This document shows, one piece after another, positions 1 through 9,173 of a stretch of DNA of 64,000 nt (position 1 is its first letter; every line of letters starts with the position of its first letter). The stretch covers positions 672-64,671 of the IMG/VR virus record IMGVR_UViG_3300036820_000018; one strand, given 5' to 3'. This DNA comes from a virus. Its lineage: Duplodnaviria; Caudoviricetes. The position numbers and the translations under genes were made by a program. The notes under the pieces are model-generated. The model was given only the letters and a program-made list of their open reading frames with translations, was not told where the DNA came from and did no database searches.

Positions 1-275
1 ACCTCGAACATGAGGGGGCCGGTCTCCCCATCTAGGCCAGCCTTCTTGCCAGCTACGGACCAGTCAGGGCAGGGGGGCGAAGCTATGAGGCCCTCAGCTC
101 CTCTGAAGGCCTCTGGGGGATAGACGGTCACGTCAGCGCGGATCGTCGTCAGTCCAGCCGCAGAGCGTGTCTGACAGGCCCAAGGGTCCATCTCGAGACC
201 GATCGGAGACAGCCCTACTGACTCAGCGCCCTTGTCCCACCCTCCCGGTCCAGCGAAGGGGTCCACGACCATCAC
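1..275 (-). CDS. DNA (cytosine-5) methyltransferase, N-terminal part (runs off window start)
   Basis: Manual translation MVVDPFAGPGGWDKG...LIASPPCPDWSVAG contains motif I (FAGxGG) and catalytic motif IV (PPC); not in the ORF track. Confidence 0.9.
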   Translation of the reverse strand, partial: MMVVDPFAGPGGWDKGAESVGLSPIGLEMDPWACQTRSAAGLTTIRADVTVYPPEAFRGAEGLIASPPCPDWSVAGKKAGLDGETGPLMFE

Positions 276-433
276 GCGGGCAGCGCTTCGATCCCGAGAG
301 TGACGCCGTTGGCGGCGTGCTTCTCACGCAGGTTGAGCCTCCAGGTCCAGCGCTCCCCATGCTCGCCTCCTGCGGCCTTGAAGGCCCTGGTTGCTGGCTC
401 GCCGCAGATAGCGCAGATCAGGTCACCGTCCAC
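272..433 (-). CDS. small hypothetical protein with CxxC
   Basis: Manual translation MDGDLICAICGEPATRAFK...; its stop overlaps the MTase start (GTGA). Confidence 0.5.
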   Translation of the reverse strand: MDGDLICAICGEPATRAFKAAGGEHGERWTWRLNLREKHAANGVTLGIEALPA

Positions 434-764
434 GAATGAGCATCTCCCTTGGGGGGAAGGCTGGCCCGTCAGGGAAGTGGCACTTGCGACCGGTCACGCA
501 GTCAAAGGCCATATTCCCTATCTCGTCGATATCGTCGCTCTCCTGGGCCTGGAGAGACGCGTACCAGCACGACCAGCACGGACCCGGCTCCTCGACACCC
601 TTGGCGACTCTCCAGGCCTGCCACACCACCGCAGGGGCGACCGCTTCGTGGAAATCACGGTGGCTGCAGATGCAGCCCTCTTCGACCCAGTAGGGATTCT
701 TGAACCCCGCCTCGGCCAGCGCCTTATTCAGACGATCGACAAAGACTTCGACATCAAGACCCAT
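423..764 (-). CDS. hypothetical protein
   Basis: 113-aa ORF packed within the minus-strand operon. Confidence 0.6.
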   Translation of the reverse strand: MGLDVEVFVDRLNKALAEAGFKNPYWVEEGCICSHRDFHEAVAPAVVWQAWRVAKGVEEPGPCWSCWYASLQAQESDDIDEIGNMAFDCVTGRKCHFPDGPAFPPREMLIRGR

Positions 765-1104
765 GAACTAACCATCCCGTCTCAAAGGCAAGTGTTGGGT
801 GATCGTGCAGGAATCTGTGACACCCTCTGTCAAGGTAGGCCAGGTTGTCGAGGCTGTTGTCCCCGCCCTGTGACCTCCTAAGGCGATGATGGATGTCTGT
901 GGCAGGTGACTCTCCACAACGTTCACAGAGGCTCCCACAGCGTTCTGAGAGCCTGCCTCGTAGAGCGTTCATCTCGGCCTCGAAGGCCTTGCGACGCTCT
1001 GACATCTTGGGGAGGCGCTTTGAGGACAACTCCATGGCTTTGCGCGGTAGGGGCTTCGCGCGCGTTAGCGGCGTAGAGCGCTTAAGCGGTGTCCTACGCA
1101 TCAC
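754..1104 (-). CDS. HNH endonuclease family protein
   Basis: CERC...DIHHRLRRSQGG...NLAYLDRGCH pattern. Confidence 0.85.
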   Translation of the reverse strand: MMRRTPLKRSTPLTRAKPLPRKAMELSSKRLPKMSERRKAFEAEMNALRGRLSERCGSLCERCGESPATDIHHRLRRSQGGDNSLDNLAYLDRGCHRFLHDHPTLAFETGWLVHGS

Positions 1105-1850
1105 GCTCGAGACGCGGGGATTGCAGTTAGTTCATCCCTGAGTAGTAGTTCTCTATAGAAGGGCAGTTCGGGTATCTCCCAGGTCCACAAAACGGGCTGA
1201 AGGTTGGTGGCCGTCACCCAGGCGACGACTTCGGTCTCTCCTCTTTCGTGACGAACACCCTCCCCCTCTCCCTTGCGGCGACGCTTGCGGTATTTGATCG
1301 CAGTCCCGTCGCAGGAGAGGACGCCCATGCGATGAGCCCGTGCCATCCGTTGAGGAGAGTTGACGCGCCCCATGTGGACCCACTTGCCAGCGTTGCGAGC
1401 TCGGCGGGTAAGAGACGCCGCGCCTTCTGACACCTTCCACTCGCGCCAAGGCGCTCCTCGGTTCTCCATGCCGCCGAGGAACAGGCAGTCGATCTCCCCC
1501 CATGGCCAGTCCAACGCCTCGGCCGCGTCCTGTGCCACGACAGCTACAGGGAACCCAAGATCGCGAATAAGGGGAGCGTACTCAAGGCCCCTGCGCTGAC
1601 TCTCGACGGTGTCGGGATAGGCATCAGGGGCAACGGCGAAGAGACAGCGCTGGCTTCCGATGCCCGCGAGCCAGTCGACTCCGGCCTCTGGCGTCGCGCT
1701 TGCGTGCATTCCCACCACGTCAGCGGCCCAGCACGAGTACCGATGCACCCGACGCCAGTAGCCATTACCGGGCTGAGCCATTAGACCGATGCCAGCAGAT
1801 ATAAGAGCCGGTTCGATCCGGTCGCTCGTAGAGCCCGTGAGATATATCAC
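1101..1850 (-). CDS. putative TGT/DpdA-like TIM-barrel protein
   Basis: Motifs WAAD, VAPD, LFLGG, WVHMGRVN, SCDGT in TGT-like order; near a VUT transporter; GTG start overlaps the upstream stop. Confidence 0.5.
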   Translation of the reverse strand: MIYLTGSTSDRIEPALISAGIGLMAQPGNGYWRRVHRYSCWAADVVGMHASATPEAGVDWLAGIGSQRCLFAVAPDAYPDTVESQRRGLEYAPLIRDLGFPVAVVAQDAAEALDWPWGEIDCLFLGGMENRGAPWREWKVSEGAASLTRRARNAGKWVHMGRVNSPQRMARAHRMGVLSCDGTAIKYRKRRRKGEGEGVRHERGETEVVAWVTATNLQPVLWTWEIPELPFYRELLLRDELTAIPASRA

Positions 1851-2035
1851 GGCTGGTCCTCGCCGTCCCATAAGTAGTGACGCGAGTTATCCAGCATCCA
1901 GGGCTCGGCCAGTTCGCGGCAGATGTACTTCTCCCGATAACCGTCCGACCACATGATGATCTCGCACTCCTTGGAGCACGTGTGCCAGCCGAATGGCGGG
2001 GGGACAGTGGGATCGGTGGATGGATCGTCCTTCAC
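1847..2035 (-). CDS. small hypothetical protein
   Basis: 62 aa with 4-bp overlaps on both sides. Confidence 0.55.
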   Translation of the reverse strand: MKDDPSTDPTVPPPFGWHTCSKECEIIMWSDGYREKYICRELAEPWMLDNSRHYLWDGEDQP

Positions 2036-2610
2036 GCCGGAACCAGCTCAGGGTCTTGGTCTTTGGACGGAAGCACCCTCCGCAACCCATAAGCCAACGG
2101 CCCACCGACCAGCGTCACTATTAGCAACTTGGCAACAACCAGTCCGGCCAACTCACCGTGCCCGTAACCGATCCCCGCCCACTTGAGGAACACCAGCGAG
2201 TCAACGACCGCAGCAACGATCCCCGAAGCAATGACAGCAGGGACGAACCATCTGCGCTGAAGAGGCGTGTAGATCAGGAAGTCGAGCGATTCCGAGATGA
2301 GGAACGTCCCCCCTGATGCAATCGCTATCGCTGGGTCACTCACCCACCAGCTGACCAGAGCCGCCACGACGATCGCTACGACCCCCAGAATGCGACCACC
2401 GCCTCGCTGCACCAGATCACGCAACGGGAACGTCAGAGCCGCCATGTAGGTCCCTGCGGGACATACGAGACCGAACAACGTCGGAAGCGTGTAGGTGTGA
2501 AACGGAGTCGGTGTGGCGCCGGGCATCCCGTGAACGATCAGGTAGTTCGCTAGGACGATCGCTCCTACATAAAGGGCGAGCGCAGCCAAGGCAAAGGGGC
2601 GGAGTTTCAT
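2032..2610 (-). CDS. VUT/YhhQ-like (queuosine precursor) transporter family membrane protein
   Basis: About 6 hydrophobic segments; IVLANY, PAGTY, TFPLRDLVQR, ASGGTFLISESLDFLIY, VDSLVFL; ATG follows GAAAGGGAACC. Confidence 0.8.
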   Translation of the reverse strand: MKLRPFALAALALYVGAIVLANYLIVHGMPGATPTPFHTYTLPTLFGLVCPAGTYMAALTFPLRDLVQRGGGRILGVVAIVVAALVSWWVSDPAIAIASGGTFLISESLDFLIYTPLQRRWFVPAVIASGIVAAVVDSLVFLKWAGIGYGHGELAGLVVAKLLIVTLVGGPLAYGLRRVLPSKDQDPELVPA

Positions 2611-2621
2611 TGGGTTCCCTT

Positions 2622-2855
2622 TCAATCGATTCCCCTGGACTGGTGCCACGGGGTGAGCAGGTCCCCGATAGGGGGGAGCCCGGTGTTGACGTAGCACTTT
2701 TCGGCGTGCTCACACACCTTCTCCGCAGCATCAAGGCGGGCGAGGAGACCACGCAGATATCGGGCCGGGATTTGCAGCGCACTGTCGTCGGGGATTGGGT
2801 CGCGGATAAAGCTGAGGTCCCAGTCGCTGATGACGTCAGCCACGAGCGTTCTCAC
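2622..2855 (-). CDS. hypothetical protein
   Basis: Fills the operon gap; start uncertain. Confidence 0.45.
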   Translation of the reverse strand: MRTLVADVISDWDLSFIRDPIPDDSALQIPARYLRGLLARLDAAEKVCEHAEKCYVNTGLPPIGDLLTPWHQSRGID

Positions 2856-3111
2856 AGTGCTTCGTGTGCCCCTGTGCGGCCTCTCGTGCCCCTGCTTCGT
2901 CGAAGTGCTCACTCCTCGATCCGCAGTCGAGGCATACCCGTATAGCCCCTTTGCTCGTCTCCCAGAGCAGTTGACGCGCCCCGTTCCTGACCGCGTCCTG
3001 AGAGGCAAGCTCGCGAGTCTTGAAGAAACACCGAGCGCTATGGGGAGCCGGTCCGTCGAGGAACAAGTACCACCATCTACGGAAGCTCTCGCGCTTGAGT
3101 TGGACGATCAC
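2836..3111 (-). CDS. hypothetical protein with CxxC...HxxxC
   Basis: 91-aa ORF coupled to the upstream stop. Confidence 0.55.
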   Translation of the reverse strand: MIVQLKRESFRRWWYLFLDGPAPHSARCFFKTRELASQDAVRNGARQLLWETSKGAIRVCLDCGSRSEHFDEAGAREAAQGHTKHCENARG

Positions 3112-3566
3112 TCGAAGTCCACTTCAAGGTCGGCGATCGCCTCGGCTGCAACCGCGTCAGCGACAGCCTCCCAAGTCTCTCGAACGTCCTTGCTGCGGTG
3201 CTCGAAGGCCATCGCTCGGGGTGCCCTGCGGCTTATGTAGGTCTCGTAGGCCAACTTCCCGAGCTTGGGCATCAGAACGGCTCGTTTGTCAGGCGAGTCG
3301 TAGTCCCAGCGCTCATCTACGGTCTTGGTGATGAGGAGCAGGAGAGCCACCTGAGCAGGTCGTAGTCCCAGTCCAGTCAGAACGGCGAAGGTAGTCGCCG
3401 TCGGGTGAAACGGGCCGTAGTCAGGCTCACCTTTGGCGAGGAGGTCTTGTGCTCTAGTGAAGATGTCAACTCTCTGACGGAGAGGCCCTAGAGATTTACG
3501 AGCTGTCTCCTCCGCCATCCGCCTCCCCCGTTCGTCCTCTGTCTCGGCTTTCTTCGGTGGTGTCAT
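3108..3566 (-). CDS. hypothetical protein
   Basis: Start MTPPKK follows GAAAGGGAACC. Confidence 0.65.
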   Translation of the reverse strand: MTPPKKAETEDERGRRMAEETARKSLGPLRQRVDIFTRAQDLLAKGEPDYGPFHPTATTFAVLTGLGLRPAQVALLLLITKTVDERWDYDSPDKRAVLMPKLGKLAYETYISRRAPRAMAFEHRSKDVRETWEAVADAVAAEAIADLEVDFE

Positions 3567-3648
3567 GTCTTGGTTCCCTTTCTTCGTATGTCTCGTCACA
3601 GATCGTGTGGATGTGCTGCCCGTTCTCGCAGAGCCAGATGCCGCTCTC

Positions 3649-5190
3649 TCAAAACATCCCCACTTCTTGTTTGTGACGGTAGACCCCTTCCCAGGGCCAT
3701 ACCTGTCCGCGATGGAGCTCGTTGGGAAATGCTCGCTCATCGCGAGGGCCGCGCCAAGTGTGGAACTCCACCTCTGTCTCCGGGCGGTTCGGAAGAGGGC
3801 GGATCCCGAAGCCGAAGTCGGTCGAGCGTAGCCACAGAGAGGACCCAGTGGGTCGGAGAGATCGCGCCGTCGCTCCCGAGCCGTGACCTGAGTGTGCCTC
3901 GAGGATCACAGCACACTGAGCAACGTCACGGGCGTCGTCGATTGCTGTTGACACGGTCCTCGCTACGAGCTCGTCGTTGGGGTCCTTGGTATGGAGGCGG
4001 TACAAAGGGCCAAGAACGAGCAAATCCGGCTTGTGCGCCACAGCTCGCTCATAGAGCCATGCTCTGTCGTCCTCTGTCGTCAGATCTAACCCCTTCGGAC
4101 GCATGAGGACGTGCATCATTCCTGGCTTGATCGGGTGGCCACTGCGCTCGGCCTGGTCTCGAATCGGCCTCATCTTGCGACGTACCAGATTGGGTGTGTT
4201 CTCGCAGTCGATAAAGAGCACCCGGCGTGGCTCAATCGGGGTGAACTTGAACGGGTGCAGGCCGGCCGCGACACAGATCGAGATCTGACGCAGGGTCATC
4301 GACTTACCCAGCCCCTCGTACCCCGTCAACATCACCCGCTCCCCACGCTCGATCAGCCCGGGGACAAGCCAGTTGAAGACATCTTCCCCCTCCAAGAATT
4401 CCGCCAAGTCAGGAGCCAGGTCCGCCAGTTGCTCATCCTCTGAGACCTGCAAGAGGTCCTCGAGCGTCTTCCCGGCTTGGACATGGTCGGTGACGTCCTT
4501 GCCCTCGGCGGCCTCAAACCGGGTGACGCTCGCCCCACTGGCCACCAGCTCCGCCTCCACCTTCCGGGCGTGCTTTCTTCCCACGTCGTCACGGTCGGTG
4601 ATGATCGCCACGACTGCGCCAGCGAGGGTCTTGGTGTGTTCATCCCGCCAGCCGTCCACGCCCCCCGGGTTACATGTCGCCACCTCCCCCAGGCCTTCGA
4701 GAGTGTGAACGTCCTTCTCGCCTTCCACCACCCAGATGAGGCTCCCCTCTTCGATTCCCTTCAGGAGCCGGGGGAGGTGGTAGAGGGGACGGCGGATATC
4801 ACCGAGCCGCCAGTTCCACCCTGACTTCGCGGTCTTGTCGGGTCGGCGTTGAGGAAAGTTCTTGCCCGAGCACCTGCACACCTCGAAGAGAAGCTCCCCG
4901 TGCTCGTCGGTGTAGCGATAGATATCCAGGGCCGGGCCGCGCGGAGTCCATTCATCGCTACCCTCCCGGGCAGGCAACACAGCGGAGCGCGGCAAGTCGA
5001 GTGCTCGCAGAATCGCATCCTCGGGGCATGAGGCGAAGCAGTTGAGGAGCACCCCCCCGAGGAGGCCCTCTTTGATCGAAAGGCTCGGGTTCGTGTCATC
5101 GTGGGCGGGGCATTGAGCCTGGTAGCCGTCGCCCGAGCGCTTGAACTTCTTCCCATGGCTCTGGAGAGCGTTGAGCACATCTCCGATCAC
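3649..5190 (-). CDS. DNA primase-helicase (Zn-finger, TOPRIM, RecA-like helicase)
   Basis: CPAHDD...CFASC; VVEGEKD; DRDDVG; Walker A GYEGLGKS; FIDCEN. Confidence 0.9.
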   Translation of the reverse strand: MIGDVLNALQSHGKKFKRSGDGYQAQCPAHDDTNPSLSIKEGLLGGVLLNCFASCPEDAILRALDLPRSAVLPAREGSDEWTPRGPALDIYRYTDEHGELLFEVCRCSGKNFPQRRPDKTAKSGWNWRLGDIRRPLYHLPRLLKGIEEGSLIWVVEGEKDVHTLEGLGEVATCNPGGVDGWRDEHTKTLAGAVVAIITDRDDVGRKHARKVEAELVASGASVTRFEAAEGKDVTDHVQAGKTLEDLLQVSEDEQLADLAPDLAEFLEGEDVFNWLVPGLIERGERVMLTGYEGLGKSMTLRQISICVAAGLHPFKFTPIEPRRVLFIDCENTPNLVRRKMRPIRDQAERSGHPIKPGMMHVLMRPKGLDLTTEDDRAWLYERAVAHKPDLLVLGPLYRLHTKDPNDELVARTVSTAIDDARDVAQCAVILEAHSGHGSGATARSLRPTGSSLWLRSTDFGFGIRPLPNRPETEVEFHTWRGPRDERAFPNELHRGQVWPWEGVYRHKQEVGMF

Positions 5191-5384
5191 GAGAAAAACT
5201 CTTTGGCGAGGACCTCAGCGCTCATCAGACCTGCTAGAGCCAACTGGTCTGCCCACCAGTCCGGGACCGAGGCCACTGCCACGTAGAGATCCCAACCTTG
5301 ACCAACCATCTCTCGCACTTGGGTTGTCATGTCTTCGGCAATGATCGCTCGGATGCCTTCGATGGCCTTCAGGCGGTCGGTCAC
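5187..5384 (-). CDS. hypothetical protein
   Basis: 65 aa with 4-bp overlaps. Confidence 0.55.
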   Translation of the reverse strand: MTDRLKAIEGIRAIIAEDMTTQVREMVGQGWDLYVAVASVPDWWADQLALAGLMSAEVLAKEFFS

Positions 5385-6082
5385 GGCTCGTAGCCGATCA
5401 GATTGCCGTAGCTGTCCTCCATCGGCACACGCCGGCCGTTCGTCTTGCAGCGCGGAGGTAGCGGGTCGTCATTCCAACAACCCTTGTTCAGCCAGGTCGC
5501 GGGGTACTTGGTGAACTCTTTCTCACGGTTGGGATCACCTCGGTAGCGCCGTACGCCAGCGAGAATCGTCTCGGGATTCGCGACCTTGACGGCCTTAGCC
5601 CAGGCCTTTTTCGCGGCTGCCTTCTCGAGCTTGAGGGGATACTCGCCGTAGAACTCATCGAAGGCATCTGAACTCGGATTTTCCGAAGGGGTAGATATAT
5701 CTTCAGTCTTCTTTAAAGATCTTTCTTCTTTAGTGGTGGATTGACCGGATACGGATAATCCGTTTTCGGTCGAGGTCGGATTATCCGACTCGATGGGGAT
5801 CTCATGGACCTGGGTCTCAACCCCGTCGAAACTCCCGTCGAGGCTCCTGGTCATGGTCCGGGTGATGTATCCAAACCGCTCCAGTTCGGCAAGCCCGGAA
5901 TACACCGCGTCCCGACCGTCAGGGGCTTCCTTCACCAGCTGACAGACCATGACATTCCAGTTGTCCGGCTTAGTCAGCAGGTAGGCGAGGAGTCCTCGGG
6001 CTTTCCACGAGAGACGCGAGTCCTCCATTGACTGCTTCGCGATCATGACGAAGCGATCGCGTTCGGGGGTACGAACGATCAA
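5381..6082 (-). CDS. phage replication initiator (wHTH)
   Basis: LSWKARGLLAYLLTKPDNW...AVYSGLAELERFGY; C-terminal FDEFYGEYP...AKKAW...YPATWLN; TTG start 7 nt after AGGAGG. Confidence 0.8.
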   Translation of the reverse strand: MIVRTPERDRFVMIAKQSMEDSRLSWKARGLLAYLLTKPDNWNVMVCQLVKEAPDGRDAVYSGLAELERFGYITRTMTRSLDGSFDGVETQVHEIPIESDNPTSTENGLSVSGQSTTKEERSLKKTEDISTPSENPSSDAFDEFYGEYPLKLEKAAAKKAWAKAVKVANPETILAGVRRYRGDPNREKEFTKYPATWLNKGCWNDDPLPPRCKTNGRRVPMEDSYGNLIGYEP

Positions 6083-6099
6083 GGCTGGACCTCCTAAAA

Positions 6100-6225
6100 C
6101 GTCAGGGGTCCGTTCCCAAGACCCGCTTCCGGGACAACGCACGCAGACCGGGGGCCAAGGAAGCGGTTCTCGGCCGCTCCCGGTCTCTGGTCGTGCGTCT
6201 CACACCCTCATCCGTCGATGAGAAT
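6100..6225 (-). promoter_or_regulatory. structured 5' leader (long hairpin with possible pseudoknot)
   Basis: mRNA stems GACGCACG/CGUGCGUU, AGACCGGG/CCCGGUCU, GGCCGAG/CUUGGCC; loop CCGCUUCC is complementary to downstream GGAAGCGG. Confidence 0.6.
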
Positions 6226-6231
6226 CACAGG

Positions 6232-6260
6232 AATGTAAGACTCACTTGCGAATAAGTCAA
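6232..6260 (-). promoter_or_regulatory. sigma70-type promoter for replication genes
   Basis: TTGACT-17 bp-TACATT. Confidence 0.75.
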
Positions 6261-6272
6261 TGGGTTTGCGCA

Positions 6273-6303
6273 ATATCCACAGGAAATCCCCCGTTGTGGA
6301 CAA
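6273..6303. promoter_or_regulatory. inverted pair of DnaA-box-like sites
   Basis: ATATCCACA (+, 6273-6281) and TTGTCCACA (-, 6295-6303). Confidence 0.5.
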
Positions 6304-6304
6304 C

Positions 6305-6334
6305 GAAAAGAGCCCACCCCCGAAGGGATGGGCT
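6305..6334 (-). terminator. intrinsic terminator
   Basis: GAGCCCATCCC-TTC-GGGGTGGGCTC-TTTT. Confidence 0.85.
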
Positions 6335-6363
6335 CGATCCGATCCTGCCGGAAGATGCTGAGG

Positions 6364-6639
6364 TTACTCCTGCTCCATCTCCTCGATCAATGCCGCGTAC
6401 CCGCAGATGTCCACGAGAGAGTCTCTCTGGTGTCCTGCGGTCCACCGAGACATCTTGAGGGCGATCATGCACATGGCTACCTGCGTGGGCGCTACGGGGC
6501 AACCAAGGACCTCTGACCACATTCTGGCGATGCGACCAAAGGACTCGGCGACTCCGCCGTAGTCATCTCTGCGCTGGCCGTGGATCAATCGCTCGGCCTC
6601 GGCGAGGATGTTCTCGGGCTTTGCTTGCTTGTCGGGCAC
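6364..6639 (-). CDS. DUF6378-like phage protein
   Basis: ILAEAERLIHGQRRDDYG...SFGRIARMW...VAMCMIALKMSR...DSLVDICGYAA. Confidence 0.75.
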   Translation of the reverse strand: MPDKQAKPENILAEAERLIHGQRRDDYGGVAESFGRIARMWSEVLGCPVAPTQVAMCMIALKMSRWTAGHQRDSLVDICGYAALIEEMEQE

Positions 6640-6648
6640 GTTTGCTCC

Positions 6649-7449
6649 TCAGAGTCCATATTCGTGACGTAGCTGACGCCATCCTGTGAAGTTCCCTCGC
6701 TCGACGGGGGTCCTTGCTGGGACGGCGACGTGCTCCAGTGGTGACGCGTGAGCGGGCTTGGCAGTGATGAGTCGCCCGAACAAAGCCAGGTCTTCCTCGA
6801 TATCACGCTTGCCGTCATGGGTGAGATAGCTGACACGGGCACAACGGGCAGCTGAGACGGCGCACACATGGTGAGGCACTTTGACCGCCTCCCGATCCTC
6901 GTGGTCGATATAGGGGAGGTGCCATTCTCCGGCGCTGACTGGGCGGGGTCGGCTCCTGAAGAGAGCGGCTTGCATCAGTTCGGCAACCGCCCTGATCTCT
7001 GGCTGGGCCAGAGGAGAGCACCTCTGAACGAAGAAGTTCTCCCACTCAGTGCTCGAGACGATGACTGTGTGCCACATGAAGGGCTCAAGAAGACGGTTGG
7101 TGACCGACTTGTGGACACCCATGAGTGAGAGCGTCGTGGCTGCACTGACAGCATGGTCCCGGGCCTGGAGCCAAAACTCCTCGGCCAGCTCCCGCTTCTC
7201 GACCTCCTCGCCTCCCTGCATCCCCTTCTGCTCAAGCGGGAAGGTAAGAGGTATGGCTGGGTCGTCCATCACCCGAGCGATTTGCTTCTTCACTGGGATG
7301 GCTCGAGAGGAGGCTGAGTTCCTCGAAAACACCCGGTGGGTGTTGAACTCGGCTAGCACGAACCGATGGATCTTCACCTCCATCGTGGTGAGCCGATCGC
7401 CCCTTTCACTGATCGAGTCACATATGACCTTTGCCTCGGGGATACTCAC
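6649..7449 (-). CDS. thyX: FAD-dependent thymidylate synthase
   Basis: EFNTHRVFSRNSASSRAIP signature; HASPLEH. Confidence 0.9.
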   Translation of the reverse strand: MSIPEAKVICDSISERGDRLTTMEVKIHRFVLAEFNTHRVFSRNSASSRAIPVKKQIARVMDDPAIPLTFPLEQKGMQGGEEVEKRELAEEFWLQARDHAVSAATTLSLMGVHKSVTNRLLEPFMWHTVIVSSTEWENFFVQRCSPLAQPEIRAVAELMQAALFRSRPRPVSAGEWHLPYIDHEDREAVKVPHHVCAVSAARCARVSYLTHDGKRDIEEDLALFGRLITAKPAHASPLEHVAVPARTPVERGNFTGWRQLRHEYGL

Positions 7450-8357
7450 GCGTCCTCGTCCTTCTGCTCCGCCAGCAACACCTCGATGACCGCTGAGGCC
7501 TGCCGTTTAGTCAAGTCAGTTGACGACTCGATGCTGATCCCGATGATCTCTTCGCAGCGTGCGAGCCTCACGCTTCTCTCGGTGTCCCCGAATAACTTCT
7601 GGATCATCCCTATCTGCTTCTCGGTCGCAGCGTTGGGGTCTGCCGGTGCTTCAGTCTTGGCAGGAGCAACCCCTGATCTCGCTTCCTGGAGCCTCAAACG
7701 CATTTGCGGCACCGTTCCCCCTTGCTCTAGTCCAGCGGCTCCTAGGGCCTCTGAGAGGGCTCTAGCCGACATCGTGGCGACGTCATCGTCTTCGGCTAAC
7801 GCACGCGAGCCGGGATCTTGGGAGTTTGTCTCTTGGGGCTTGGGGCGGTTCGGGGCTCGGCGCGTGGTCGTGCCCTTCGATCCCCCGTCGTTCTCGACTG
7901 TCGTGCCATCGGCGTCGTCTTTCGGGTCCGCGATGAGGAGCATGTCGAGGAGCAGGTACTTAAATGCTTGGGTTGCCGCCTTGTTGAAGCCCTTGTCACT
8001 GTTGTCGCGACCGATGCCGAGGGTCTGAGCCTCGACTAGGTCAGCGACTCCACCAGGCCCGTAGATCTTCCAGTGGATCTCGATCTTCTCGTCCGTCCAC
8101 GTGGCTCCTGATTTGACCTGGAACTCTCGGGTCTCGACCGGCACGGTCTTCCACGGGATCGGCACGACGCAGTACTTGGCGAAGAGGCCCTGCGCTTCTG
8201 CGGTGATCTCCTCGATGCCTCGGTAGGGGTAGCTCACCCCCTGTCCATCAGTCGTCGGGTGTTTCTTCTTCGCGATCGCCGGCAAGTCCTCCATGATCCG
8301 AGCTAGTGCCTGGATCACGTCGGTGGGCATCGCCCTGTCAGTTGTTTCGTCAGTCAT
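7446..8357 (-). CDS. ERF family single-strand annealing protein
   Basis: YPYRGIEEI...GRDNSDKGFNKAATQAFKYLL...DDAD. Confidence 0.8.
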   Translation of the reverse strand: MTDETTDRAMPTDVIQALARIMEDLPAIAKKKHPTTDGQGVSYPYRGIEEITAEAQGLFAKYCVVPIPWKTVPVETREFQVKSGATWTDEKIEIHWKIYGPGGVADLVEAQTLGIGRDNSDKGFNKAATQAFKYLLLDMLLIADPKDDADGTTVENDGGSKGTTTRRAPNRPKPQETNSQDPGSRALAEDDDVATMSARALSEALGAAGLEQGGTVPQMRLRLQEARSGVAPAKTEAPADPNAATEKQIGMIQKLFGDTERSVRLARCEEIIGISIESSTDLTKRQASAVIEVLLAEQKDEDA

Positions 8358-9118
8358 TGGTTCCCTTTCCTCACTAGTTCCCTTGCTTCTTTGATCGACT
8401 TGTTGTAAGCCATCGACTCCTTAACGAGCTGCTTCATTTCTGGGTTGCGGGTCCAGCGGTAGGCGTGTAGAAGCCCGCAGAAGACCTCGAAGACATCGTC
8501 TGTGATCGGGTAACGCTCGAGTCGGTAGGTCCCGTCGTCACGCACGTAGAGGTCCGCACCCCATTCGATCTTTGGGAGGGGTCGAAGGCCCATGAGGTTT
8601 CCCTCTTCGTCATAGACCCCGATGCCGTCGGCACGGGAGTAGGCACAGATCTGGAGCGAGTGCTCGATCGGATAGATCTTCCCCGCCTTGAGGTCGATGA
8701 TCCCGATGCCGGTTGGCCAGTCCTCTCTGGTGATGGTGCCTATCCAGTCGGGTCGCCCCCCATAGCCGAGACTCGAGAGCACGACGCACTCCTGCTCGAT
8801 CATCTGGGGGTTGTCATCGATGATCCACTTCTCGAGGGCATCGACGAATGGCATCTCCTCGTTAGGGACTTGGATCTCCTCGTCGCGCATCCACTTCTCA
8901 AGGTGCCCGTGGACTCTCGACCCCAGATCTCGGGTCGCATCCCAATCTTGGCGGTAGTTGATCCCTTCACGGGTTAGCTTCGCAGCCGCGCCGGCCATCC
9001 CGCCTGACTTACCGTCGTCGATGAGCCCGCTGATGGTTGTGACGTTCACGAGTTCCTGGCCGCCGAGCCGATACTTGTGGTTCTCGGCGGCTTGCAGGTC
9101 GGTCAGTTTGGAAGGCAT
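8354..9118 (-). CDS. PD-(D/E)XK exonuclease
   Basis: NVTTI, GSRVH, YGGRPD, IIDLKAG, QICAY; paired with ERF. Confidence 0.8.
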   Translation of the reverse strand: MPSKLTDLQAAENHKYRLGGQELVNVTTISGLIDDGKSGGMAGAAAKLTREGINYRQDWDATRDLGSRVHGHLEKWMRDEEIQVPNEEMPFVDALEKWIIDDNPQMIEQECVVLSSLGYGGRPDWIGTITREDWPTGIGIIDLKAGKIYPIEHSLQICAYSRADGIGVYDEEGNLMGLRPLPKIEWGADLYVRDDGTYRLERYPITDDVFEVFCGLLHAYRWTRNPEMKQLVKESMAYNKSIKEARELVRKGNQ

Positions 9119-9173
9119 GTCGTCAGGTAAGCCGGTGGTTGTGTCATCGGATGAATGGTACTACTCTGGGGCG

